NCBI RefSeq assembly: GCF_963921235.1
Contig: NC_086097.1
Coordinates: 51,090,001-51,154,000, forward strand
Length of the DNA stretch: 64,000 nt
Origin: Mobula hypostoma
Lineage: Eukaryota
Reading direction: 5' to 3'
Positions within the stretch are counted from its first letter, which is position 1. Every line of letters begins with the position of its first letter. Position numbers and translations under genes: made by a program. This document shows, piece by piece, positions 13,241 to 26,722 of this stretch. A model generated the notes under the pieces. The model had not been told where the DNA came from. It ran no database searches and saw only the letters and a program-made list of their open reading frames with translations.

Positions 13241-14300
13241 ATGTCTCCCTATTATAGCAGAGATGATCCAAAGGGAAACTGGCAAAGACTCTACACTGTC
13301 TCCGGTCTACATAGCCGCTTAAAATGGCTGGAATGTGCAACAGAAATCCCACTTCCCTTATTTTCACTGGTGTCAGGATGAACTTGCCCTTGACGGGGGT
13401 TGCCGTATGTGGGGATTGAGAGTTGGTACTATGCAAACTGAGAGCTAAGGAGTTGGAGCCACCTGTTGGCCATCTAGGGGCAGTCAGAATGAAAGCGTTG
13501 GTCTGGTGGCCCAGGATAGATCGGCAGATGGAGCAGATTGCCATGCACTGTTTGGGATTCCAACACATCCAAAAGTTGCCAAGAACAGTGCCTCTTCATC
13601 TCTGCCATTGTCCTGTTAGAGGATTCATGTGGATTTTGCTGGACCACTTGTGGGCACAAATTTCTTGGTAGTAGTGGATGCGGCTGTGGAGTAGCCAACA
13701 GTGTTCCCAGTATCCTCCACTACAACCGCGCACACTGGTGGATGTGTTGAGAAACCTGTTCTCAAGGACTGGGGTGTTCCAGAACACATAGTCAGTGACT
13801 TCGCAATGCAGCACACTCCATAACCAACGACTCACCATCTATGCTGTTCCCAGATCGTCCCTTGTGCTCACGCTTGGATCTGCTCAAACCCAATCTCAGA
13901 AGGACTATGCAAGACAAAACGCTGAGACAAGTTGAGAGCTCTTCAAGCAAGGAGGTTTAATGACTCACTCCTGGACAAACAGTCCTACGGAGAGACTACT
14001 GAGGTGATCAACAGTGGGCACTTGGAAGTATTAAGGACAGAACTGAACCAATCTCCTACACAGGAGATTGTGTGTGATGTCATCTGGAGATGACACATCA
14101 ATCGGTGGAGAAAAGCAGAGTCAATTGTTAGAGAAGAAAGGTACCCAGAGAGGTCAGAACCACTTACTGCACTTGCAGAGTCAACTCCAACAACCACGGC
14201 AGAGGAGGCCCCAGAACCAGAGATTGCTTCACAGCCACAAGTCTTACCTGCCAAGCAGAGTGACTCTTCCCCTGCCGTCACTCCCTTGTCAGGAAAGGCA
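13241..14300 (+). mobile_element. Gypsy LTR retrotransposon, integrase region (degenerate)
   Basis: ORF 13423..13671 has GHLGAVRMKALVWWPRIDRQMEQIAMHC, the integrase zinc-binding region. It continues the RT fragment at 11734. Confidence 0.75.
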
Positions 14301-14944
14301 AACTTCAACGGATCTGTGGTGGAGAAGATATATTTATTGTTTGCATCATTGCCTGGTATGGAAACAGCAATGCCCTTGAATGGAAAATCTTACAAAGAGT
14401 CGTGGATTCAGCCCAGTCCATTACAGGTAAAGCTCTCTCCACCAATGAGCACGTCTGCACGAAACACTGTTGCAGGAAAGCAGCATCCATCATTAGGAAC
14501 CCCTACCGCCCAGGTCATGCTCTCTTCTTGCTGCTGCCATCAGGAAGAAGGTACAGGAAGCTCAGAACTCACACCACCAGATTCAGAAACAATTGTTACC
14601 CCTCAGCCATCAGGCTCCTGAATCAAAAAGAATAACTTCACTCAAATACACTTGCCCTATCACTGAAATGTTCCCACAACCTATAGACTCACTTTCAAGG
14701 ACTCTTCATCTCATGTTCTCAATATTTATTGCTTATTTATTCATTATTATATCTTTCTTTTTGTATTTGCACAGTGTGTAGTCTTTTGCACACTGGTTGA
14801 ATGCCCAGTTGGTGCAGTCTTTCATTAATTCTATTACGGCAATTATTCTATCATGGATTTATTGAGTATGCCCACAAGAAAATGAATCACGTGGGTTGAA
14901 TATGATGATATATTTGTACTTTGATAATAAATTTACTTTGAACT
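14301..14944 (+). mobile_element. Rex/Babar-like LINE 3' end
   Basis: ORF 14402..14635 has HALFLLLPSGRRYRKLRTHTTRFRNNCYPSAIRLLN. The tail tttgataataaatttactttgaact also occurs at about 6590. Confidence 0.8.
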
Positions 14945-15050
14945 TATCCCAGAAGAGTAAGAAATCCTCCACAGTGATTAGTTCTTTAGACCTGAATGGG
15001 GCTATTTATAATTTACTACACTGTATATAGTAGCAAAAGTCAGGCACATA

Positions 15051-16654
15051 CAGTGGCATGCAAAAGTTTGGGCACCCCTGGTCAAAATTTCTCTTACTGT
15101 GAATAGCTAAGCGAGTAAAAGATGAACTGATCACCAAAAGTTATAAAGTTAAAGATGAAACATTCTTTTCAACATTTTAAGCAAGATTAGTGTATTATTT
15201 TTGTTTTGTACAATTTTAGAGTGTAAAAAAGGAAAGGAGCACCATGTAAAAGTTTAGGCACCCCAAGAGATTTGAGCTCTCAGATAACTTTTGCCAAGGT
15301 CTCAGACCTAAATTAGCTTGTTAGGGCTATGGCTTGTTCACAGGCATCATTAGGAAAGGCCAGGTGATGCAAATTTCAAAGCTTTATAAATACCCTGACT
15401 CCTCAAACCTTGTACCAACAATCAGCAGCCATGGGCTCCTCTAAGCAGCTGCCTAGCACTCTGAAAATTAAAATAAATGATGCCCACAAAGCAGGAGAAG
15501 GCTATAAGAAGATAGCAAAGCATTTTCAGGTAGCCATTTCCTCAGTTTGTAATGTAATTAAGAAATGGCAGTTAACAGGAACGGTGGAGGTCAAGTTGAG
15601 GTCTAGAAGACCAAGAAAATTTTCCGAGAGAACTGCTCGTAGGATTGCTAGAAAGGCAAATCAAAACCCCTGTCTGACTGCAAAAAACCTTCAGGAAGAT
15701 TTAGCAGACTCTGGAGTGGTGGTGCACTGTTCTACTGTGCAGCGACATCTGCACAAATATGACCTTCATGGAAGAGTCATCAGAAGAAAACCTCCCCTGC
15801 GTTCTCACCACAAAATTCAGCGTCAGAAGTTTGCAAAGGAACATATAAACAAGCCTGATACATTTTGGAAACAAGTCCTGTGGACTGATGAAGTTAAAAT
15901 AGAACTTTTTGGCTGCAATGAGCAAAGGTATGTTCGGAGAAAAAAGGGTGCAGAATTTCATGAAAAGAACACCTCTCCAACTGTTAAGCACGGGGGTGGA
16001 TCGATCATGCTTTGGGCTTGTGTTGCAGCCAGTGGCACGGGGAACATTTCACTGGTAGAGGGAAAAATGAATTCAATTAAATACCAGCAAATTCTGGAAG
16101 CAAACATTACACTGTCTGTGAAAAAAAAAGCCGAAGGTGAAAAGAGGGTGGCTTCTACAACAGGATAATGATCCTAAACACACCTCAAAATGGACTACCT
16201 GAACAGGCGCAAGCTGAAGGTTTTGCCATGGCCCTCACAGTCCCCCGACCTAAACATCATCGAAGATCTCTGGATAGAAATGCAAGATGGCCCAAGAATC
16301 TCACAGAACGAGAAGCCTTTTGCAAGGAAGAATGGGTGAAAATCCCCCAAACAAGAATTGAAAGACTCTTAGCTGGCTACAGGAAGCATTTATAAGCTGT
16401 GATACTTGCCAAAGGGGGTGTTACTAAGTACTGACCATGCAGGGTGCCCAAACTTTTGCTTCGGGCCCTTTTCCTTTTTTGTTATTTTGAAACTGTAAAA
16501 GATGGAAATAAAAAAGTAATTTTGCTTAAAATATTAAAGAAATGTGTCATCTTTAACTTTATGCCTTTTGGAAATCAGGTCATCTTTTACTCGCTTAGCT
16601 ATTCACAGTAACAGAAATTTTGACCAGGGGTGCCCAATCTTTTGCACACCACTG
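15051..16654 (+). mobile_element. Full-length Tc1/mariner DNA transposon (IR/DR type), 1604 bp, TA target duplication
   Basis: TA|CAGTGGCATGCAAAAGTTTGGGCACCCCTGGTCAAAATTTC at the left end and GAAATTTTGACCAGGGGTGCCCAATCTTTTGCACACCACTG|TA at the right. Inner repeats of the terminal motif lie at about 15242 and 16441. Confidence 0.95.
15431..16434 (+). pseudogene. Tc1 DD34E-type transposase, frameshifted
   Basis: MGSSKQL...GEGYKKIAK HTH, then WTDEVKIELFG and HGGGSIMLW. Frameshift in an A-run at about 16121-16129, then QQDNDPKH and WPSQSPDLN in another frame. Ends GGVTKY* at 16434. Confidence 0.9.
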
Positions 16655-16759
16655 TATATTTAGCTAGTGTTCCAAAGACTTTTACACAGTGCTGTTGTAA
16701 TTTGATGTATTGCACTGTACCGCTGCCGCCAAAGCAAAACAAATTTCCTCACATAGAGT

Positions 16760-17058
16760 ATACTAAGTTGAGGTGCATTCTCTATTCATTTGGAGTTTTT
16801 AGCCAAGCAGAGAGGAACATTGTGTATTTAATATTTCAGTAAATTTGGAGTATTTTGTAAATATATTGTTTGATTAAGCATTCTGTGTTTGTTTACATAA
16901 TTCATAATGGGTAAGAAGTACGTGAATGGCTGACGTAATTACGCCACCATGTCATAAGTGTGTACCTCGCTAAAGTAAAACTGAAGTGGACATGCATCTC
17001 CCCAGCTCCATGTTTTCCCTTCAATAAGTTTTAATGTTTTGGAGTTACAAAATATACC
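16760..17058 (+). mobile_element. Probable Gypsy 3' end (polypurine tract and LTR remnant)
   Basis: Purine tract agcagagaggaa at about 16807 followed by a ~240-bp AT-rich LTR-like segment. Its position is consistent with the upstream Gypsy fragments. Confidence 0.4.
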
Positions 17059-18000
17059 AATCTCCATAGCAAAAAAAAGGCATAATTGGATTGGAGGGAC
17101 TGCAACGAAGGTTTACCATATTATTTCTTGGGATGTCCCATGTGGAGAAATTAAACAAGACGATCTTGCTCTCTGGTGTGTTTAGAAGATTGTGAAGAGA
17201 GCCCACAGAAAGATACACAGTGTTAACATAGCTTTATAGGGTATAAGTGGACTTGATCTTTCTCCAGGTTGGTGTCTTGAGGACTGCCTACAACCTGGGC
17301 TCAACGTTTAAAGATACTAGGTTGATCATTCCTGACACAGGTGAGACAACGTTTCTTCACTAAAAAGGTAATGAAACTCTGGTACTTTCTACCTGAGGTG
17401 GCCAGGGAGGCAAATTTGCTGCTTATTTCCAAGGTTGGTTGATTAATGTTTGGATAAATACAAGAGATTCTGCAAATGCTGAAAATGTAGCAACCAGAGG
17501 TGGTGGACCTATGGCACGTGTGCCTAAGAGAGCACATGCAAAAATTTGGTTGGCACATGGCATGCAGTGCTGCCCCACATGGAGTGATAATGGATTTATT
17601 TTCCTTTCTTTGATCGTTTATGAATATGCTACATAGCTTCTAATTTCACACTCACATTTCTTACATATGCAATTATTTTATATATGCGTTTATTATGCAG
17701 TTAATGTTATTTTTCAATAGTTTTTTTAAAAGACTAATGCTACTAATTTTGAACAAGATTTTTTAAATGCTTCATTTATTTTGATCTGTCTGTGATCTAC
17801 TTTTGTTAATAGCAAACCAATAAATACCTGTAAGTAAACAATAGGACTCGTCCTTTGTTCTTTAAAAAGTCCACAATTATTGTTACTAATTCATCAATCA
17901 GTGCTAATTTCTGCTCAAAATTACCATAGTATGCGGTGAATTTTGTTGGATTGTCCCGAATATGGGCACATGCTCTCAAAAATACTCACCACCCCTGCTA

Positions 18001-18090
18001 GCAACACACTCAAAATGCTGGAGGAACTCAGCAAGTCAGACATCATCAAAGGAGGGACATTTCTAGCCGAGACCCTTCATCAGGACTGGA
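18001..18090 (-). repeat. Penelope-like terminal fragment with a degenerate hammerhead core
   Basis: The reverse complement reads agtc-ctgatga-agggtctcggcta-gaaa-tgtc. The stem I partner is lost. Confidence 0.65.
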
Positions 18091-18492
18091 TATTTGTTTG
18101 GAGGTTAAGGGAATCAAGGCACTTGAGACTACTGCAAGGAAGTGTCATGGCTTTATGGAATGGTATGCAATTGAACGTGATCTAAAAAGGCTGGAAGCAC
18201 CCAGCCACCCATGGTCTGTAATAGACAGTGTCATGACCTGAATGGGGTTTCATTTAGTTTTATAGCTAAACATCATCAATCCCTTTCAGTCACCAGCCAA
18301 CCATTTGTGTATTCTAAACCTCACTTATTTTATTTTGCCTCATATAGTCAAAGTTACCTTAACTTTCTTTGTCACTGACAAGTTGTTGAACTTTCAGTTT
18401 ACTCTTTCCAGCAAAAATGACCAGATCAATTAATTTTTAAGATGTTACCAGTATACCAATCAAGTTTATCCATTTGAGTTTGAGTTGGGTAA

Positions 18493-18738
<246 letters not shown>

Positions 18739-18773
18739 TAACAGAACTTTCCAAGCATCTTGAAACATTTTTA

Positions 18774-21700
18774 CATAAGAACATAAGAAATAGAACAGGA
18801 GTAGGCCATCTGGCCTGTCGAGCCTACTCCGCCATTCAGTAAGATCATGGCTGATCTGGCCATGGACTCATCTCCACCTACCTGCCATTTCCTCATAACC
18901 TGGTAAAGACAAATGTAGGTCCCCTACAGACAGAAACAGGTGAATTGATTATGGGGAGCAAGGACATGGCAGACCAATTGAATAATTACTTTGGTTCTGT
19001 CTTCACTAAGGAGGACATAAATAATCTTCCAGAAATAGTAGGGGACAGAGGGTCCAGTGAGATGGAGGAACTGAGGGAAATACATGTTAGTAGGGAAGTG
19101 GTGTTGGAAAATTGAATGGATTAAAGGCAGATAAATCCCCAGGGCCAGATGGTCTGCATCCCAGAGTGCTTAAGGAAGTAGCCCAAGAAATAGTGGATGC
19201 ATTAGTGATAATTTTTCAAAACTCGTTAGATTCTGGACTAGTTCCTGAGGATTGGAAGGTGGCTAATGTAACCCCACTTTTTAAAAAAGGAGGGAGAGAG
19301 AAACCGGGGAATTATAGACCGGTTAGCCTAATGACGGTGGTGGGGAAACTGCTGGAGTCAGTTATCAAAGATGTGATAACAGCATATTTGGAAAGCGGTG
19401 AAATCATCGGACAAAGTCAGCATGGATTTGTGAAAGGAAAATCATGTCTGACGAATCTCATAGAATTTTTTGAGGATGTAACTAGTAGAGTGGATGGGGA
19501 GAACCAGTGGATGTGGTATATTTGGATTTTCAAAAGGCTTTTGACAAGGTCCCACACAGGAGATTAGTGTGCAAACTTAAAGCACACGGTATTGGGGGTA
19601 AGGTATTGATGTGGATAGAGAATTGGTTAGCAGACAGGAAGCAAAGAGTGGGAATAAACGGGACCTTTTCAGAATGGCAGGCAGTGACTAGTGGGGTACC
19701 GCAAGGCTCAGTGCTGGGACCCTAGTTGTTTACAATATATGTTAATGACTTGGATGAGGGAATTAAATGCAGCATCTCCAAGTTTGCGGATGACACGAAG
19801 CTGGGCGGCAGTGTTAGCTGTGAGGAAGATGCTAAGAGGATGCAGGGTGACTTGGATAGGTTGGGTGAGTGGGCAAACTCATGGCAGATGCAATTTAATG
19901 TGGATAAATGTGAAGTTATCCACTTTGGTGGCAAAAATAGTAAAACAGATTATTATCTGAATGGTGGCCGATTAGGAAAAGGGGAGGTGCAACGAGACCT
20001 GGGTGTCATCATACACCAGTCATTGAAAGTGGGCATGCAGGTACAGCAGGCGGTGAAAAAGGCGAATGGTATGCTGGCATTTATAGCGAGAGGATTCGAG
20101 TACAGGAGCAGGGAGGTACTACTGCAGTTGTACAAGGCCTTGCTGAGACCACACCTGGAGTATTGTGTGCAGTTTTGGTCCCCTAATCTGAGGAAAGACA
20201 TCCTTGCCATAGAGGGAGTACAAAGAAGGTTCACCAGATTGATTCCTGGGATGGCAGGACTTTCATATGAAGAAAGACTGGATGAACTGGGCTTGTACTC
20301 GTTGGAATTTAGAAGATTGAGGGGGGATCTGATTGAAACGTATAAAATCCTAAAGGGATTGGACAGGCTAGATGCAGGAAGATTGTTCCCGATGTTGGGG
20401 AAGTCCAGAACGAGGGGTCACAGTTTGAGGATAAAGGGGAAGCCTTTTAGGGCTGAGATTAGGAAAAACTTCTTCACACAGAGAGTGGTGAATCTGTGGA
20501 ATTCTCTGCCACAGGAAACAGTTGAGGCCAGTTCATTGGCTATATTTAAGAGGGAGTTAGATATGGCCCTTGTGGCTACGGGGATCAGGGGGTATGGAGG
20601 GAAGGCTGGTGCAGGGTTCTGAGTTGGATGATCAGCCATGATCATAATAAATGGCGGTGCAGGCTCGAAGGGCCGAATGGCCTACTCCTGCACCTATTTT
20701 CTATGTTTCTATGTAACCCTTAATTACCATATACTGCAAAAATCTATCCAACCTTATCTTAAATATATTTACTGAGGTAGCCTCCACTGCTTCATTGGGT
20801 AGAGAATTCCTCAGATTCATCGCTCTCTGAGAAAAGCAGTTCCTCCTCATCTCCATAAATCTACTCCCCTGAATCTTCAGGCTATGCCCCCTAGTTCTAG
20901 TCTCACCTATCAGTAGAAACAACTTTCCTGCCTCTATCTTATCTATCCCTTTCATAATTTTATATGTTTCTATAAGATCTCCTCTCATTCTTCTGAATTC
21001 CAGCGAGTACTGTCACAGGCAACTCAATCTCTCCTTATAGTCTAACCCCCTCATCTCTGGAATCAACCTGATGAATCTCCTCTGCACTGCCTCCAAAGCC
21101 AGTATATCCTCCTTCAAGTAAGGAGACCAGATCTGCACACAGTACTCCAGGTGCGGCCTCACTAGTACCTTGTACAGTTGCAGCATAACTTCCCTGATCC
21201 TAAATTAAATTCCTCTAGCAATGAAGGTTAACGTCCCATTTGCCGCCTTGATAGCCTGCTGTACCTGCAAACCAACCTTTTGTGATTCATGCACAAGCAC
21301 TCCCAAGTCCTTCTGCACAGCAGCAAGCTGCAATTTTTTACCATTTAAATAATAATCTGCTCTTCCATTTTTCCCTCCAAAGTGGATGACCTCGCATTTA
21401 CCAACTTTGCCAGACCCTTGACCTATCTATATCTCTCTGCAGACTCTCCATATCTTCTGCACAATTTGGTTTTCTAGTCAATTTAGTATCATCAGCAAAC
21501 TTAGATACACTACATCCGGTTCCCCCTTCGGGATTGTTAATGTATATTGTGAACAGTTGCGGGCCCAGCACCAACCCCCATGGCACACCGCTCACCACTG
21601 ATTACCAACCAGAGTAACACCCATGTATCCCAACTCTGCTTTCAATTAGTTAACCAGTCCTCTATCCATGTTAATACATCACCTCCAACTCTATGTGTGT

Positions 21701-22192
21701 CCTTATCTTATGCACAAGTCTTTTATGCAACACCTTATCAAATGCCTTCTGGAAATCGAAGCAAATAATGTCCATCTGTTCCCCTCTATCCACTGCGTTC
21801 GTTATATCCTCGAAGAACTCCAGTAAGTTTGTCAAACAGGACCTGCCTTTGCTGAATCCATGCTGCATCTGCCTGATGGATCCATTTCTTTCCAGATGCC
21901 TCGCTATTTCTTCTTTAATGATAGCTTCAAGCATTTTCTCAACTACAGATGTTAAACTAACTGGCCTGTAGTTACCTGCCTTTTGCCTACATCCTTTTTT
22001 GAACAGTCATGTGACATTCACCGTCTTCCAAACTGCCAGGACCTGCCTAGAGTCCAGAGAATTTTGGTAAATTGTCACCAAAGCCTCTACTATAACTTCT
22101 GCCATTTCTTTCAGTACCTTGGGATGCATTCCATCAGGACCAGGGGAATTGTCTATCTTCAGGCCCACAAGTTTGCTCAGCAATACCTCTTT
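18774..22192 (-). mobile_element. CR1 LINE (older subfamily) split by a young CR1 insertion
   Basis: The 3' tail at 18774-18900 resumes at 20714. RT ORF fragments are 20701..20988, 21398..21598, 21671..21934 and 22007..22207 (all -). Same subfamily as 56188-57500. Confidence 0.88.
18901..20713 (+). mobile_element. Young CR1 LINE, 5'-truncated (RT and 3' end)
   Basis: ORFs 19112..19567, 19507..19725 and 19726..20622, with a (tttctatg)n tail. TSD taacc at 18896-18900 and 20714-20718. Near-identical to 46280-48094. Confidence 0.95.
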
Positions 22193-24859
22193 TTTCACAC
22201 TCTTCACTTCTGTATAAACCTGGGTAGGGCATTTACTCAGTTAAAGAATGGATATTTTTGTATTCCTTATGACATGCAGCAAAATGACTATTTAGTGTTG
22301 GTCCTCACAGTAGAGGACACATCTAACATGCCAGAGAGAGATGTTATGGATGCGACAGGCAGTGAGGACCTCGATACAATAGCTATCACTAAAGAGGTAT
22401 TAGTTTTAGTTTTATGCCGAAAAGAAGTAGTTGGGACCTCGCAGTGTTTACAGATTTCCGGAAAGTAGAGGAAAGGACAATGTTTTAAAATAACATTTGA
22501 ATCTAACACCACATCCTCATTTAGAGGTGGTGTATGAAAACTGAAAGGTTACAAATGTAACACTCCTATTCAGGAAAGGTTTTGTTTTTTAAAATATTCA
22601 TTTTTGGAATCTGGGGATCACCAGAAAGGGTGACTGACCTTGAGAAGGTGGTAGTGGTTCATCTGCTTGATTTTCTGCAGTCCTCCTTGAGAAAGCCCTG
22701 GTCTTGAACAAGGAATTCCAGGGTTTAGACTCAGTGACTGTAACGAACCAGTGATAGATTTCCAAGACAGGATGGTGTGCAGCTTGGAGGTGGTGTTTTC
22801 AGGTGGTTACTATGCTTCCTTGTTGGTGGAGCTTGCCGGTTTGGGAGGCATTGTCAGAGTGATTTGTGTGAGTCACTCCAGTGTTATTGGCATACTGCAG
22901 CAACTATGTGCTGGAGTTGGAGGGAATGAATGCTTAGTGTGGGTATTGGGATCCCAATCAAGTCAGGTATTTTGCCTTGGAGGGTGATGAGCTTCTGGGA
23001 AGAGTTGTTGGGATTGCGCTCATCCAGGCAAGAAGGGAGGGTTCTGTCTTGCTCCTGGTTTGTGCTTTGTAAATGAAGGTAAAGCCTTGGAATGTTGGGA
23101 GTTAAGTCACTTGCTGAAGGATACCCAGCCTCTGACCTATTCTTCTGGTCAGGGTGTCTATGGGGCTTGTCCAGTGAGCTTCTGGGACATACTGGGGAAC
23201 ACAATAAAGGGAATGCCATTGAATGTCAGGGATAGGTGATTAGTCCTTTCACAGCTTGGTACTCTTGTGTTACAAAACCTGTGGGGAGGAGAGTAACAGG
23301 TCCCAAGCTGGTGCAGAGTGACTGGTAGAATGGGTGGTAGGTATCAGATCAAAATTAATACAGATAAGTTGAGGTGTTACAGTTTGGCCAGAAGAATGAA
23401 AGGATGCAATATAATTTGGAGAACATGAACAGGGAAATCAGGCAGGGCTGTTGAGAATGTGGTTAAAAGGGCATTTGATATCCTGCTGCAGTAGCTAGAG
23501 GTATAGAAGGAAGGAGTAAAAAGATCATGATGAACCTTTATAAAACACTGGTCGGACCACAACTGGAGAATTGTGTCCTGTTCCAGATGCAAAGTCTCTG
23601 GAGAGGATGCAGAGACTAAAACCATGGTGATTCCAGGGATGATGACCTTTTGTTATCTGGGTAAGCTGGAGAAACTGTGGCTATTCTTTTAGAAATTTTC
23701 AAGATTGCTAGATCTGGTAGAGGTATTAAAAAACTTGGAGTATGGGACAGGGTAGTTTTCTGGCATAATGGCCTCCTTTCATGCTGTGTCCACAATAACA
23801 TCTGCAAAAACATGGGCCAACAAAGTAAAGGAACGTCTGAGTGACAACTGTGGAAATGTTTGGTTCCACGACATTAATTCTTATGAAATGATAATTCGGT
23901 ACAATATTGTGCAGAGAAAAACGTGCCCCTATAGAATATTTGATTAATGCACCCTGTTACAAGAATATAGCCTGATTGAGGGTGAGTATGCCACCACAAA
24001 CTTTATGTATTTCCACTGGAGCCCTGAGTTTCATTGGAGGTAAGTTCCCTTTCATAGTCTCCACTTCTGTTGTTTCTCTCTAGCTCAGTTCACCGCTACC
24101 GAGTGGTTATCTAGAAGTAAGGGTTGCTGCCTTGTCATTCTGCAGATTCTATCCAGCTTTAAAATATCAAAAGACGTTCAAGTCTAATGTGAAATTGCAA
24201 AAATGAACACACATCTTTTAGTAGTGGGTTTTTGAAATTTATTTTCATATTATCGGAATGCACGCTAATAGGAAAGTGAAAATAAACCTTTAGTCACCAG
24301 AAGCTGTCAGTTGTTAACTTGCATAATTATTCATTTAACTCCCGTCTCTGCTCTCATCAATGTACACTGAATCAGAAAGCTGCAGCCTCAGTAGAATTAA
24401 GAACACGATGTCCTAGTTTGTTACTTTTGGTATTTAGAATGAAGCCGCTGACATCAGGACACCTCACTGTGCAGCTCTAACAGTGAGTGCCAGCTACAAC
24501 TATTACAGCGTAGGATGTGGTTTAAGTAGCAGTAAGTGCATTTCCCAGCACTTAGCTGCTGATCCTCAGTCCGTGGTGATGACTGCTGACCTCATCCCAT
24601 TATTGGAACGGTTATTTTAGCCGAGCCTGGCCACTCAGATTAGGTCAAGGGACTGCAGCTGAGAGGCAGAGACCAGCAAAGAGCCTCCTCCTAGAGAGAC
24701 TTCACTAATTCCACAGCCTCCCTCAATTTCTTTGGTAACCATTGCGTTCATGGATTCTGCTTTTCCAGGGGGCTCTTCCTTAAGATGTGGCCTCATGTGG
24801 GAAGACCCTCGGCTACGTCCTTGTTTCTGGGCTGCCCCGTTAAGTTCATGTTGATCCTG

Positions 24860-25330
24860 GGCTTGCAAGGAACGATCCTTTCAAGCGGTCCATTGCTGTG
24901 AATCCCATTTTGTTGCTTGCCACTGCATCGCAGAGGCCACCCAGGCACTGTATTCATCTACTGCAGTGTCACTGAGGGGCAGCCGGCATCTTGGGTGGTG
25001 GGATCCCTACTGCCGCTGGCTTCTCATCAGTGCAGGTCGCCACTGACTGCTCTCATGTGCGAAAGGGCTTACCTTAGTAATCCAGGCCTCTTTACAAACA
25101 GGTGACGCCATTGTGGATCATGAGAGGAAAATCCCGATGGGGAGTGTCATGTTTCCGAGAAGCACCAGTGACCGTGATTCTGAGGAACAGACGGCTGGAT
25201 CTGAGGAGTAAGATCTACCCTCTGCTTTCCCAGCTCCAACCGCAGCAGCGAGGTGCGTGGACGTACCTATTAAGTAGCAGGAAATCCCATTGCTCTCCAC
25301 AGGGTGAGATTCTTTTGCCTGCATCACCCT
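24860..25330 (+). pseudogene. Degenerate PIF/Harbinger (HARBI1-like) transposase remnant
   Basis: Frame-switching translation gives, in order, VACHCIAEATQALY, AGFSSVQVATDCSHV-RKG, AIVDHERKI...FPRSTSD, GWI*GSKIYPL and LHRVRF. These parallel the HARBI1-family motifs GFP..GAIDCTHV, NRKG, PGS.HD, LLGDxGYP and LKxRF. Confidence 0.65.
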
Positions 25331-25644
25331 GAAGCTGCCTGTCATAGATTCTGAGCAGCTGGTGAGACCTGTACATCACGAGCCACATGTTGTATAAACT
25401 GGCTAGCTTTATACGCCAAGCAGATGGAGAGCAGCAAGACCTTGACCGTGAGCTCTATGACACGGCTCCTGTAAATCAGAAGGAGAAAGAGCAAGGCTAC
25501 CTGGTGATGTCCTTGCACAGCCTCATCTCCTACCTGCATGGGATGTAAAGAAACATCCTAATAACGGGTCAATCTTTGGAAAGAAAGAATCCAGTGAAAA
25601 CCAGTCAAAGCATTCACATTGCAATTCTTAATAACGTACCCTAC

Positions 25645-25865
25645 CTAGAGGAGGTTCACGAGAATTATTCCTGGAATGAAAGGGTTAATGTATGAGAATT
25701 GTTTGATGGCTCTGGCCCTGTACTCTCTGAAGTTTAGACGAATGAGAGGAGATCTCATTGAAACCTATCGAATACTGAAAGGCTTTGATAGAGTAGATGT
25801 GGAAAGGATGGGTGGGGGAGTCTCAGACCAGAGGGCACGGCCTCAGAATAGGAGGATGCCTCTTT
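25645..25865 (+). mobile_element. CR1 LINE fragment
   Basis: ORF 25676..25867 has LYSLKFRRMRGDLIETYRILKG. Confidence 0.8.
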
Positions 25866-26354
25866 AGTGGTAGTCCTTTTAGAGTCAGTGGTCCATTTAG
25901 AGCAAGCGCTCACATCCCAGCTGTTCCCGTGTCCCTATCCTCCAGAGTTTGTAGATCCTGAATTGGCCTCTACAGTCACCAACGATCATGCCATCACTCC
26001 TGAGGACTTCTTCACTCCTGATCTTCGCAAGCCAAGAACCAGCCATCATCTTAATTTAGAGCCAGTACTACTGGTCTTTCTCTATTATCATAACACATAG
26101 ACATTTGCACTGAGAGTAAATTTATACTGTAATTTATAGGGCCAAGGGGCAAGAGCAAAGGAATAACATTGCCGGGATTTCCCTTCTCAAAGCCAGCACA
26201 GACACAGTGGTCCAAATGGCCTGTTTCTGTCTATGATTCTATACTGTTATGCTGGAAATTATTGCTGTGGAAATGATTTAAAGAGCTTAATAAATGAGGA
26301 CAGTATGTACCAGCACAAGAAATATGTATAATGAAAGTTGGGAGAACACCCCTT

Positions 26355-26722
26355 GACCTGATAGAGGTGTATAAGATGAGAGGCATTGATCATGTGGATA
26401 GTCAGAGGCTTTTTCCCAGGGCTGAAATGGTTGCCACAAGAGGGCACAGGTTTAAGGTCCTGGGGAGTAGGTACAGAGGAGATGTCAGGGGTAAGTTTTT
26501 TTACGCAGAGAGTGGTGAGTGTGTGGAATGGGCTGCCGACAGTGGTGGTGGAGGTGGATGCGATAGCGTCTTTTAAGAGACTTTTGGATAGGTACATGGA
26601 GCTTAGAAAAATGGAGGGCTATGGGTAAGTCTAGTAAGTTCTAAGGTAGGGACATATTTGGCACAACTTTGTGGACCAAAGGGCCTGTATTGTGCTGTAG
26701 GCTTTCTGTGTTTCTATGTTTC
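26355..26722 (+). mobile_element. CR1 LINE 3' end (second subfamily)
   Basis: DLIEVYKMRGIDHVDSQRLFP...FFTQRVVSVWNGLP with a tttctatgtttcta tail. Same subfamily as 30822-31502 and 59284-59860. Confidence 0.88.
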
